The position numbers and the translations under genes are program-made. Below the pieces are notes generated by a model. The model did not search any database, was not told the origin of the DNA, and saw only the letters and a program-made list of their open reading frames with translations. A DNA stretch of 64,000 nucleotides from Octopus vulgaris (Eukaryota). This document shows positions 27,911 to 41,641 of this stretch, piece after piece. Each line of letters begins with the position of its first letter. The stretch's first letter is position 1. The DNA is taken from NCBI GenBank assembly GCA_951406725.2, contig OX597830.1:35402001-35466000 (forward strand), read 5' to 3'.

Positions 27911-27945
27911 GTTTAACGTTTCGAGCGGATCTCTTCGTCGGAAAC
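27911..27945 (-). ncRNA. Minimal type-I hammerhead ribozyme-like motif in a Penelope-type terminal repeat (~27816-28010)
   Basis: GTTT-CCGACGA-A-GAG(ATCCG)CTC-GAAACGTT-AAAC: stems I and II pair, palindromic ACGT stem III. Confidence 0.65.
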
Positions 27946-28031
27946 ATATGAGAAGGATAGATCCAGAGAAGGGAAGACAGAGGAAAAAATTCGCCAACGT
28001 TTATAGAAATAAATATATTTGCGTGTGTGTA

Positions 28032-28074
<43 letters not shown>

Positions 28075-28716
28075 GTGCGTGCATACATATGTTTAGGTAT
28101 GCGTTTAGGTAGATGTATAGGTAGATGTGTATATGTATATGCATTTCCCCTCTTATGTGTAGGTATACGTGAGTGACTGAGACAGTGAGAGATAAAGAGG
28201 GAGACACAGAGAGGGTGTTGTGAGAGTAAGAGTAAGAGAGAGAGAGATGAGAAGGTGATGAGTGATTCTTGCAAAGACCACAAATATGGCTTTTTGTAGC
28301 TTTTTTCTCCGACACTCAATTTGGGTGACACGTACACAAACAAGTACTTACCAATATTCACACTCACAGAGACAGACATTAACATACACACACACACACA
28401 CACGCACAAAAGACCATGTATAAAAGCAAATGACATGTATAAAGGTTGATCGATTTATTGATACAGATGTCTGTGACCAAGTATAAATCTAGCAATCGAT
28501 ACCTATCTCTCTGTCTCCCTTCATATATATACATGTATATAAATATATATGTGTGTGTGTGTATATGTGTGTATACACACACGCGCGCATAAATATATAT
28601 ATATATACACATATATATACATATATATCTGTATATATATTCATATATACATATACATATATATAGACATACATGTATATATATATGCATATATATATGC
28701 ACACACACATAAAAGT

Positions 28717-28755
<39 letters not shown>

Positions 28756-28844
28756 CGTATATATATGCATGTATATATGTATGCATATAGATATGTGTGT
28801 GTTTATATGTATGCATGTGTGTGTATACCTTTATCATTTTTAGT

Positions 28845-29010
28845 TTTTGAGCTGTTTCAGTCATTGGACTGCAGCCACACTGAAGCACCGCTTTGAAGGT
28901 TTCTACTCAAACAATTGACCGCCAGTGCTAACTTTTAAAGCTTTGTACATATTCTATTGGTTTCAACTGCGGTTTTGCAAGCGGCTACAAACACTGATGC
29001 CAAAACAAAT
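28845..29010 (-). mobile_element. SINE family B, decayed 3' module
   Basis: TGTTTCAGTCATTGGACTGCAGCC. Confidence 0.65.
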
Positions 29011-29227
29011 ACACTCACTTTCATACACACACCTATTTTTATTTAATAACATTTTTACTTAGACTCATGGTATACGAATTAGGTTCGTTCTACGAGTCAG
29101 CGAAACCTTATCTTGTATGCAATTGAGGCAAACAACTTGTATCTAACATAGATAATTCGTTCCAAATGATTTAAGCGCAAACTTATTTCTCTGTCCACTC
29201 AATCCTATATATCTATCCGTCAAATTA

Positions 29228-29275
<48 letters not shown>

Positions 29276-29885
29276 TACAAAGTGTGGTGAATAAACTGTC
29301 ATCTACATTACGCAAAATTGAAAATAGCACTGAAATCTCATTTTAACATATATTTACCAAAATTCCATAAATAATATCTTGAAATACTAAAGAGTAAATT
29401 TATTCAATAAAATCGCCATTCGCTTTAACCACGACCTCCAGGCCTGTAACTCCTCTGGATGATCTCTTTGTTTCAGTTCATGAATGGTACCAGAATCCTT
29501 GTCTTCAGTTCAGCTTTGGTGTTACAGGAGGTTTTGTTGGTCTCTCGCTCAACTGCGCCCCACACATAATAATCAAGGAGGTTGCAGACTGCGGAGTTGG
29601 GTGGCCAGATGTTAGAGGTGGTGTGGTCACAGAAATTGTTTGACAGTCATGACTGGGTTCTCCTGCTTGTGTGGCATGGTGCAGAATCTTGTTGCCAGAG
29701 ATAATTTCTTCCAGTAGCCACCCTCTACGCCCAGGACAGCACTACCACCTGCAGGGACGGGATGTATGCCTCTGTATTGAGTCCGAGGCCGTGTAGGAAG
29801 ATTGAGACATAACGTCGCCATCACAAGTGATCACTCCAAACACCATGATGTTGACTGGATGTTTGATTTTTATTACTCTCGGTAT
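29276..29885 (-). pseudogene. Tc1/mariner DD37D (maT-type) transposase C-terminal pseudogene plus 3' end
   Basis: Hand translation YLWQQDSAPCHTSRRTQS*LSNNFCDHTTSNIWPPNSAVCNLLDYYVWG with 37 residues between the aspartates; IMVFGVI upstream; probable TA-flanked terminus at ~29276. Confidence 0.9.
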
Positions 29886-29961
29886 ATATATATATAAATT
29901 TTTATTATAATTTTTATTTTTATTTTTATTTGTTATTTTTTAATTATTTTTTTAATTATAT

Positions 29962-30376
29962 ACTCTTTTACTCTTTTACTTGTTTCAGTCATTTGACTGC
30001 GGCCATGCTGGAGCACCGCCTTTAATCGAGCAACTCGACCCCGGGACTTATTCTTTTGTAAGCCCAGTACTTATTCTATCGGTGTCTTTTTGCCGAACCG
30101 CTAAGTAACGGGGACATAAACACACCAGCATCGGTTGTCAAGCAATGCTAGGGGGACAAACACAGACACACAAACGCACACATACACACGCATATATATA
30201 TATACATATATACGACGGGCTTCTTTCAGTTTCCGTCTACCAAATCCACTCACAAGGCTTTGGTCGGCCCGAGGCTATAGTAGAAGACACTTGCCCAAGG
30301 TGACACGCAGTGGGACTGAACCCGGAACTATGTGGTTGGTAAACAAGCTACTCGCCACACAGCCACTCCTGCGCCT
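29962..30376 (-). mobile_element. SINE family B, full length, young
   Basis: Complete head to (AAAAGAGT)2 tail. Confidence 0.95.
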
Positions 30377-30929
30377 ATATCTATTTAATTTGTTTTTTTA
30401 TAAATATATATAACTATCAAAAAGTATTAAAAAGTTTAATATAAGATAAAAAGTAAAACTACTACGATCGTTTTATGCCCATAACCTAATTCGAATAACA
30501 ATAATTTAAATTCAATTAATAATTCGAATTATGGTTATAGTCAATCTTCAGGTTAATGATAATATTTAAATAAATAATCAAATATATTTAAACAATATTT
30601 TAAAAAAAATAAATAAAATAATTTTTCTTATGAAAAACTCTATTATCAAACTAGAAACTTTAACGATTATGATAATGTCATACAATCGATTATAATATTA
30701 AATGTTAATTTTTAAGCATTAATTTTTAAGGTAAGAATAGATAGAAAATGTATTTATCTATTCAGATATAATATGGCTTTAAAAAAACATAATAAACCCA
30801 CAAATAATCTAATCTCAGTTATAGTGAATATATAATTGCCTAAATGTTTAACAAAAAAAAATCCCTATTCATATTATTAAATTAATTTCGAGTCAAATAA
30901 TTATATAATATTTTAATAATAACTAAATC

Positions 30930-30995
<66 letters not shown>

Positions 30996-31074
30996 AAACG
31001 GCGGTACATCAGCATAGCCGCAACTCTGAGCTGAGACTAGAAAAAAAATTATATATATATATATATATATAAAA

Positions 31075-31413
31075 GGGTAAAGACCCCCTTCGGTCATGAA
31101 TGACCATGGGATTGCACCTAGAAAGTTACCCTCCTAGACACAAGTCCGGGCAAGGTTGTTTATGGAAGACCAGCAGTCGCCCATGCATACCAGCCCCCCC
31201 TCTCCACGCCACCAGTGTTATCCAAGGGAAAGACAAAGGTCGATACAGCTTGGCACGAGTGACGTCGCAACTCATTTCTATAGCTGAGTGAACTGGAGCA
31301 ACGTGAAAATAAAGTGCTTTGCTCAAGAACACAACACGCAGCCCGGTCCGGGATTCGAGCTCACAACCTCACGATCGTAAGCTCGACGCTCTAACCACTG
31401 AGCCATGCGCCTT
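31075..31413 (-). mobile_element. SINE family D, full length
   Basis: A box TGGCTCAGTGG, B box GCTCGAATCCC, CORE-like TTGAGCAAAGCACTTTATTTTCACGTTGCTCCAGTTCACTCAGCT. Confidence 0.92.
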
Positions 31414-31429
31414 AAGTCGTCAGCACCAG

Positions 31430-31870
31430 TCGTGTACGAATTTGTTCATTTGGGGTCTCTATGATGCTTAAACCTGATATGGCTCAGAAGGCAATGACAG
31501 CCTGGCAGTGAGGTTTGTGGTCTTGAGTAGAGCCACCAGTCCTTGAGTTCCGTTCTTTTTGCTTCCTCATCCGTCTTTCTCCTCTCCTCAAAAGTGGAAC
31601 AGCTGAAATGAATTGCTCTTCACCGGGATGGACGCTCGGCGGCTTCTGTTTCCCAGCTGTATGCATATAGATATTTTTAACACTCTCGTTACATGTCCTC
31701 GGGTTGCACCCTTCTCAGGTTGACCCCACTAAACACTGAAATAATCATAACGGAGCTTCCATTGCGAATGCCAAGCAGTGGAGCATGTTGTTTGCAAATT
31801 TCTGGCAGCGTGAATGGCATCATGGAGCTGTTTTCTCACGGCTGGTGCCCAACTGACCCTACTATACTGT
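31430..31870 (-). pseudogene. RTE-type LINE ORF2 C-terminal remnant
   Basis: Hand translation YSWETEAAERPSR*RAIHFSCSTFEERRKTDEEAKR resembles the RTE WE..A.DR..WR...FE..R motif. Confidence 0.7.
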
Positions 31871-31951
31871 GCAGTCGATAAAATAAAAACAAGTAATACG
31901 CATGCGCGAAATTTAAAATATAAAATGGTGACAATTTACCCATCAGACGCT

Positions 31952-31997
<46 letters not shown>

Positions 31998-32240
31998 TAT
32001 ATTCATACATATATATATCATATTTATATACATGTGTGCATACATATGCATATGCATACATGTACATACATATGTGTGTGTGTGTGTGTGTTTGTGTGTG
32101 CGAGTATGAACATATATGTAGGTAGATGTACATACGTGTATACATATGTGTTTATATATATCTGTGTGTATGTACATTTGTAGTGAGATGTAGTTGCATA
32201 GAGATATAGACATTTATACAGAGATAGATAGATAGATAGG

Positions 32241-32301
<61 letters not shown>

Positions 32302-32302
32302 G

Positions 32303-32424
<122 letters not shown>

Positions 32425-32735
32425 CTGACAGATAGGTATATCGATAGAAAATGAAGGAAATCAGAGACAAAATGATAGGCGATCAGACATACAGAAAAAT
32501 GGATACACAAGTAGACATACGACATATATATGGAGATAGAGGAACAGAGAGGCAGACAGACAGGCAAAAGGACAGACAGAAAAGCAGACAAGGTAAGTAA
32601 GTGCCGACAGGAAAGGAGATTGCAGATGTAAGAAGAATAGATAAGGTAGTGTGAAACAAAAGCATTTGCAGCAAATAAGAGGGAGCTGCAGAATGTAATA
32701 AGAGGCAAACAGTCGAAGCATAGACATATACGTAT

Positions 32736-32811
<76 letters not shown>

Positions 32812-32945
32812 ATAAATGGACAGATAGATGCGTATGTTTAGAGCTTTATAGATATATATGCAAATAGATAAACGCACACCTATTTGTAAATGCACACATG
32901 CGCAGTGCACAGAACTTAACTTTCCTTCCCCAATACAAGTGCATG

Positions 32946-32984
<39 letters not shown>

Positions 32985-33024
32985 ATATATATGTATATAT
33001 ATATATATATAAAGATATAAATAC

Positions 33025-33089
<65 letters not shown>

Positions 33090-33104
33090 TGTGTAGATAT
33101 ATGT

Positions 33105-33176
<72 letters not shown>

Positions 33177-33280
33177 GTTTAAATATATAAGTATATACAT
33201 CAATATATATATATATATGTGTATGTATGTGTGTGTGATATGATGCATGTGCATATACATAGAAACAGACATAGAAACAG

Positions 33281-33319
<39 letters not shown>

Positions 33320-34009
33320 TATAAGAAATAGTTGTGTGTGTGTGTGTGCAAGTGTTGTAGCGGTTAGGTGCGGGGAGGCCTGCAAGAGTTAACGAGACGT
33401 GTCTGACAGAAACAAAACAGAACAGAAAAGTTCTGTTGGAAATAAAGAAAGGAGTGGGAGGGGCAGGAAGAGATAAGTCGGGGGTGGGGGGAAAGAGACG
33501 CGGGATGAGGCGTGAGGGTGGGGGTTTGGGTGGGGCACACGAACGGGCAACGGAATTGCAAGGAAGAAAACATGCTACGCATAGCTGCTACTCATATCCA
33601 CGCATACTCTAACACACACACATACATACAGACACATATATATATATACACATATATACGTGCATAGATATACGTAGATATGCATTTTCCTAATATGTAT
33701 GCATTATAGTTAACGAAGTAAGGGTGAAGAAAAAAGAAAGAAAGGGAAGACTATTAAGATGAAGAACACGAGGGGAGGGTGATAGAGAGGGAGAGGTAAG
33801 AGTTGAGTACGGAGGCAGGTAGATAGAAAGACAAGTGATTTAGAGAGTGTGAATGAGTGAAAGAGAGAGGAGAGAAACCCCGGGAAACTTAGATAATATA
33901 TTTAGATTGGCAAGGCAAGCAGATTAAGACGGAACGAGGATGAGAAATGGGCAGAAGGTTTAGATAGGTAGATGGATAGATAGAAAGATAGATAGAGAGG
34001 GAAAGAGAG

Positions 34010-34245
<236 letters not shown>

Positions 34246-34316
34246 GACAGAGAGATAGATAGAGAGTGTTAAATAAATAGATAGAGAGATAGAGAGAGAG
34301 AGAGAGAGTTAAATAA

Positions 34317-34361
<45 letters not shown>

Positions 34362-34811
34362 CAGACAGACACACACACACATACAGAGGCAGACAAACAG
34401 ATAGATATACATGTTATGCATGTGAATACATACGTATCGATATATATACACACACACAAACACACATTTGCACAAATTCGGAAAAAAAAATATATATGCA
34501 ATATGTATGTATGTGTGCTTGTATCTGTATAAGTATATGTATATATGCATATATTGGAATAATCAGACCACACACGATGGAAAGTGTCACTGAGGAGGTC
34601 ACAGATGAGTGACGACAGATTTCGGTACAATAAACATGAGTTAGAATAAGAACAGTTATAAACGAGTGAAGTACGAATTTATATTGTGTGTGTTCATTTG
34701 ACAAAGAAATACGGTCATCCCGAAATACAACAAAATCTGTTTCAACACACGGTTTCACATCAGGAATCTGCAACATAAATTTAAAAGGTATATATATATA
34801 TATATTGATAT

Positions 34812-35110
34812 ATTCATGGTGGTTGTCTACTCCTTATGAAGAGTTTGACCACCTCCTGTACCTACACCTTAGAACCATTATGGCATCTGATGTGGGCTTT
34901 TTAAACCAGACAATGTTTTGAAAAGACTCCCTTATAGATTGCACCTCCGATTTGGACAACCAAGAGTTGCTGTTAAGTTCTGCTCTTTGTGGGTCTTAAA
35001 ATGTCTTTTGAGGCCTCTGTCAGATTTTCAGACCTTCTAGCATAAATAGCATTGAAAGGTGTGCACAGATATATGGGCAGAATAGTTGGTGGAGGTTCGT
35101 TTTCCATGGG
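34812..35110 (-). pseudogene. RTE-like LINE 3' end with decayed C2H2 fingers
   Basis: FQCYLC*KV*KSDRGLKRHFKTHK, a second finger-like remnant (CNL..FKTLSGLK..HIRCH), then a short 3' UTR into a TA-rich tail. Confidence 0.65.
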
Positions 35111-35315
35111 TTCGCAATATATGTTCGGATTTGTTTCTATGTAGAGTTATAATAAACATAATTTTACATTAAACTGAAGGGTTAATCAAAACGTTTGTAG
35201 AGTAAATATTATTATTTAGGTAAGAATAATGGCAATGTCTACGAAGTTTCGGCCTGCTTAGCTTTCGTCGGCCTATACTGGCGGATACCTTGAAGACACT
35301 GTCTAATAGAGGTTA

Positions 35316-35544
35316 TTTTACTCTTTTACTCTCTTTTACTTGTTTCAGTCATTTGACTATGGCCATGCTAGAGCACCACCTTTAGTCGAGCAAATCGACC
35401 CCAGGACTTACTCTTTGTAAGCCTAGTACTTGTTCTATCGGCCTCTTTTGCCGAATCGCTAAGTTACGGTGACGTAAACATACCAACAGCGGTTGTCAAG
35501 CGATATTAGAGGGGCAAACACGGACACACAAACATATACACACA

Positions 35545-35596
<52 letters not shown>

Positions 35597-35767
35597 CATA
35601 TATACGACGGGCTTCTTTCAGTTTCCGTCTACCAAATCCACTCACAAGGCTTTGGTCGACCCGAGGCTATAGTAGAAGACACTTGCCGAGGGTGACACGC
35701 AGTGGGACTGAACCTAGAACCATTTGGTTGGTAAACAAGCTACTTACCACACAGCCACTCCTACGCC
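35316..35767 (-). mobile_element. SINE family B, full length
   Basis: High identity to the 29962-30376 copy. Confidence 0.94.
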
Positions 35768-36521
35768 TATAGATTGCCTACTTTGCTTTCTTTGGATTTA
35801 AAAAATATACACAAAATCATAACTTAATGCATACATACGTACACATATATGTATGTATGTGTATAAGTATATATGCGTGTGTGTATGTATGTATGTATGT
35901 ATGTATGTATGTATGTATGTATGTATGTATGTATGTATGTATGTATGATTTTTCTTTGTGTCTAATTTAAGTTCTACTTCGGAGAGTTGAAGCCGGTTTC
36001 TAACAAAGCTACAGACGTTTTGAATTAAGAGCGTTCCCTGTGTTTGTAAATATGTGTTTGAGTTGGTGTGTTGGTCGAACTATCGATGCATACACCCAAG
36101 TGTATGCATTTATTCACATGAGAATTTAACAAGGAGAAATTCTGAAATGTCTTACATGTTTTCACTGTGCCACTAATAGACCGGATTTGGAGAATCCGCG
36201 TCTATTTCTTTTCCTCCTTCTCATGAAACCAAGAGCTTCTATTTTTTTGTGGAAATTCGTTGGTGTATGACCTAATGCTCCCAAGATGATATGTACAAAT
36301 GAAATTTCATAGTCAAGGTAGAAGAGGTGTAAGTTTGGCATCAATTTGCCATTATGTATGTCTTTGTTCATTTTTATTTCAGGATTTCTTGCCAATAGAG
36401 AAAGAGTCGGTTTCTAAGCTAGATTCAAGGTTCATTCATTCGAATTTCAACATCAACAACAGGGTATGTATGTATGTATGTATGTATGTATCTATGTATG
36501 GCTTATGTAACTGAGCTTGTC

Positions 36522-36725
36522 CGTTAAGTTCACCGTCATCAATTAACCGCAGGGAAAGTTCACCGTCATCAATTCACCAGGTTTTCTTTTATTCTATTTT
36601 TTTTTCTTTATAAAATAGTTTTTAACTATTAATAGTGAAATACGACGGATATATTTTCTCGGTGAACTTTCCTCGCGGCGAACTTTCCTCACAGTCAATT
36701 GGTGGCGATGAACTCACCTGAAATC
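36522..36725. mobile_element. Decayed fold-back MITE with internally repetitive TIRs
   Basis: AAGTTCACCG..AATT.ACCG motifs on the left mirrored by CGGTGAACTTTCC motifs on the right. Confidence 0.65.
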
Positions 36726-37191
36726 GCAAATAATGCCGTATTGACGTAAAACAGCCATCTATGTATCATACATAAAATTTATAGACCGTTGGTAGTCCAC
36801 TTCGTGCAGTATTTGTCTTGAAGTAATATCTTCTATGAACATTTTATGTTAAAAGCACAATAAATAGCAGAGGAAAGAGGGAAACTGTAGTGACCAGTTA
36901 AACAGTGACCATTCGCTACATCAGTGAATGCTTTATTCATTGTTTGTGAATTCTTGACCAAGCACACGGCTAGCTGCAAGTACATATTACCGAAAAGGCT
37001 CCCATGAGGTTAATATGCATCTAGCGTTTTCCCTGGCGGAGGTTGAGGCAACTTTTTGTCTCGCTTCGATATTTATTGAGTTTTTAAATACTTTCATAGG
37101 GCGAATATTGCAGTAACTGGCCTATCAATATGATATATATATATCTATATGTATGTATGTATGTATCTATGTATGTATCTATGTATGTATG

Positions 37192-37281
<90 letters not shown>

Positions 37282-37310
37282 TGTATATATATGTATATGT
37301 ATGTATATGC

Positions 37311-37374
<64 letters not shown>

Positions 37375-37740
37375 TTAATTACGATATAAAGATGAGTATA
37401 TGTTTGTATTTATGAGTGTATGTGTATGTATATGTATGTACCTATATCTATATATGTATGTATATATAAATGTATGTAGGCATAAAAGTGCGCACAACTA
37501 TACATTCGACTTCAGGTCGTCATCAGATGCTAATTTAAAACTAAATTTACGCAAATTTATAAAGAAAGTCACGACTAACTACCAACTCTTAAGATAGTTA
37601 CAAGTAATATATGTAACTTGTATTGAGTACGATACATGAAAGTGGTCCGCTTCGATTGGAGGAGTTTTAACGATATTACATACATATGTTCAGTCATACA
37701 CACCTACTTACACATACAAATCTACATACATGCATATATA

Positions 37741-37790
<50 letters not shown>

Positions 37791-37818
37791 CATGTATGTA
37801 CACACAAACATACCTAAA

Positions 37819-38530
37819 CGCAGGTATGAGTCAGTAATTATCCGCAATGCACTTCTGACTTTTTTCTTATTGGCGTTAAAAAAAATCTATCCATGCCATT
37901 AACACTTGACGTGGTCTCTTTCCATTCATTGTAGGTTTGAATTTGTATTCACCATAGCTTTGAAACTTCGAGAAAATTGTTGTTATAATTGCATTTATCA
38001 TAGCTACTCCATGTTCCCTTTTCCCTAATAAAGTTCATCGTTAAACTACTTTTTTTTAGGGTCTAAGAATATCAAGGTGTAGTTTTTCCACTGGGGACAG
38101 ACTACGAATGAATAGACTGCAAATTGAAAAATGCTGGCACATTTGCCACTTACAAAAATGACGTCGGACTTTTGACCACTGTCCTGTGCTAGTGACAACC
38201 TTAAAAGTTTTCGTGATTTGCTTTATTGAACGGATAGATAGATGACTATTGATGAAGTGGCGAACATTTTGCAAATGTCGTCTATCAATCAATTGTTTGC
38301 TCTACTCAAATACGTCTTAACTACTTAAGAGGTCGTCCATTTGCATGGAACAAAAATTGAAGAAAGCGGTGCATACGTGACTCATCTCTGCTGAAAAGAT
38401 TTTTTTCTTTTTTCTCAAGGCATAAAATTCTCAGGCGAAAATGGACTGAATGCACTGAAAAGGAAGTAGACTATTTTTGCTGAAATAAATTTTTTAATAA
38501 AAGAATCGACAAAAAGAAAAAAAAAAGATA
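37819..38530 (+). pseudogene. Decayed, internally deleted mariner element
   Basis: TIR-like ATGAGTCAGTAATTATCCGCAAT; remnants MTIDEVANILQMS, LRGRPF, LKKAVHT, FSQGI..KWTECTEKEVDY. Confidence 0.7.
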
Positions 38531-39179
38531 TTAACGAACGTTGCTTTCCTTTGGGGCGAACACAAAGCAGAGTAGCTACGGTTAAATACAGAACAAAGAC
38601 CAGTTAATTTGCTTGTTCAGGTTCAAACGTGAACAGGAGAGCCCAGACGAAGACCACGTTCAACGCTGCATCTGTATAGCTAATTTTTCTTCTGCAAGTA
38701 AACGAAATAAGCATAGCTGTATTGCGAATAATAAATGCTCACTGTTATGTGAGTGTTTGTGTTTGTGTATGTATGTGTGTGTGTGGATGTTTGTGTGCTT
38801 GTGTGTGTGTGAGAGAGAACTTTTGGTGCTATTGGCAACCTGTAAACAAATACAATTTGTCACTGGCATGGGCAGTTGAAAATCATCCAATGCTGTAGGC
38901 TCGTTTGGGGGCATATACTTTAGAGTTCTTTAAGGAGAGAAATGGTTCAGTGCAAACCATCTCCTTGCTTTACGAAGCTTCAAGCACTGGCATCGTTCGA
39001 CAATTAGCATCTGTATTTTGTGTTGCAGGCCATAACAAAATTCCTAGACGAGCTCACCGTCTCCATATCTGGGCAAATATCTAGCCATGACTGAAAGTCC
39101 ACAGACTTGCAACTCGTGTTTTGAAAGAAAACTCAAATGATTGAATCGCTCGAAATCCAGCTCCGGCTCTCATATGCAC

Positions 39180-39259
<80 letters not shown>

Positions 39260-39354
39260 ATGTGTACGTGTGTGTATGTACGTGTGTGTGTGCGTGTATG
39301 TGTGTGTATGTGCGTGTGTGTATGTGTGGTGTATGTGCGTGCATGCGTGTATAC

Positions 39355-39403
<49 letters not shown>

Positions 39404-40023
39404 AGGAGAAATTGGTTGATTAATTAACAGAAATATATGCACCGTCTAGCACTCTACATTAGAATTTCGTTTAAGAATATCTTTTTCGGTATATTGAGTG
39501 GTTTGTAGCGCAATTTATGTAAAATTTAATTAGTTACATATTTATTTAGCTAATTAGTTAGTTGGTTCGTGTACGAAACTTTCTTTCGAGGCAGAACCTT
39601 GTATTTACTGATGAGTTGTTAACTTGCAACGAAACCGGTACCTTCTACTAGCAATTCCGGCTGCTTAATAAACATTCGTGATATTAATTTCGTGGTGTCT
39701 AAATATATATGGGTGATCTATAAAATAACTGCTCTAGACAACACAAGAATTGGGTTCGAGGAATATTCGTAAAATAGATGCATTTTCCTTGAAGTAGTAG
39801 GAGGACTGGTACACGAGAAAGAATATTACCGTACTAGCTTTCACAAGGAATAATTCTTAGACCAATTTACACATGTGAATGTGTGTATGCTAATTTACGC
39901 TAAAGTACATGATTTTGTGCGTACTTGAATGTATAGACGAGCATGTATATACTCGTATTTATGTGTGTGTTTATATGTGTGTGTATACATGTATATATAT
40001 GTATGTATATATGATTGTATATA

Positions 40024-40071
<48 letters not shown>

Positions 40072-40886
40072 TTACATATAAATGTACATAGCTACGTAGC
40101 TATATGTATATATGTAAAAGCACTTATTCCCTTGGTCTTTACGCAGACGTGTATATCTATGTGTATGACTGTGTATATATATATACAATCATATACACAC
40201 CCACACATACACATAAATGCATGTACATATTTAATATGCGCCCATGTTGCCATGTTAATGTGTCTGGCCTAAACAAAACAAAAAACAATAAAAACCAAAA
40301 AATAAATACATAAATAAATCATGTCTCCATTTCAGCCTTGTTTTTATCCTCCTCCTTCTCCTCCTCCTTTTTCTTCTCTCCGTTCATCTTCTCTCCGTTG
40401 TTTTTTTTTTTTTCTTCTTTTGTCATTCTATATTTTCAGCAATCTTTCTCTTTCATCCTTTTCTTTTCTCGGTTTTTTTTTGTTTTTGTTCTTTATTTCG
40501 TTTATCGACCTTGCCATGCCAGTCATCGATGCCACCATTACCTATACTCTCTCCTTCTCATCTGTGTTTCCTTTATTTTTTTTGTTTGGTGTTGTTATTT
40601 TTATTTATTCTTTTCTTCCTCACTTTTCTCATTTTATTCATTATCATTTTTTTTTACATTGTTTTATTTATTTATCTATTTATTGCATTTGTTTTTGCTA
40701 TGCTTTGTGTGTGTAACTGTGAGCATGTGAGCATGTGTGCATGTGTGTGTGTATGTGAGCGCATGTGTATGTGATCATATGTGCACATATGTGTACATTT
40801 GTGTGTGTGTGTGTGTGGTGGGTGTCTCTGCATTATTCTTTCTTTTCTTTGTTGTAGTTCGTGTCATTATGTTTGTAGGTATATAA

Positions 40887-40962
<76 letters not shown>

Positions 40963-41300
40963 ATGTATGTATATATATATGTATATATATATATATGTAT
41001 ATATATACATATATATATATGTATGTGTATATATATATGCTTGTGTATATGTATTATTTTTGTCTCTCCTGTGTACACATTTTGCGCATTTGCTCTTTGC
41101 TTTTAATTTTTAACCCCTGTTCCTAATTTCTGGCGCGAATAGATTGAATGTGTATATTTCTTTTGAAATAATTTCTGCAGCATTTGTGCATGTTTTTGTT
41201 CTTTTTTTTTACTTTTGTTTTGCTTCTGTTTTCTTTTGAGCTTTTTTTTTCACCCCACTTTATGTTATGCCTGTAATATAATAATAATAATAATAGTATT

Positions 41301-41362
<62 letters not shown>

Positions 41363-41446
41363 GCAACAACAACAAAACAACAATGACAGCACAACAACTA
41401 TATTATGCATGTATATGTGCATACATGCACACACACATATATATGC

Positions 41447-41538
<92 letters not shown>

Positions 41539-41596
41539 CTATACACTCATATCTGTATGTATACGAAAATATATATATAAATACTTATACATACAC

Positions 41597-41641
<45 letters not shown>

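Noticed and set aside
33480-33535. G-quadruplex motifs (also 860-882)
   Set aside because: Expected in purine-rich low-complexity DNA; no supporting context
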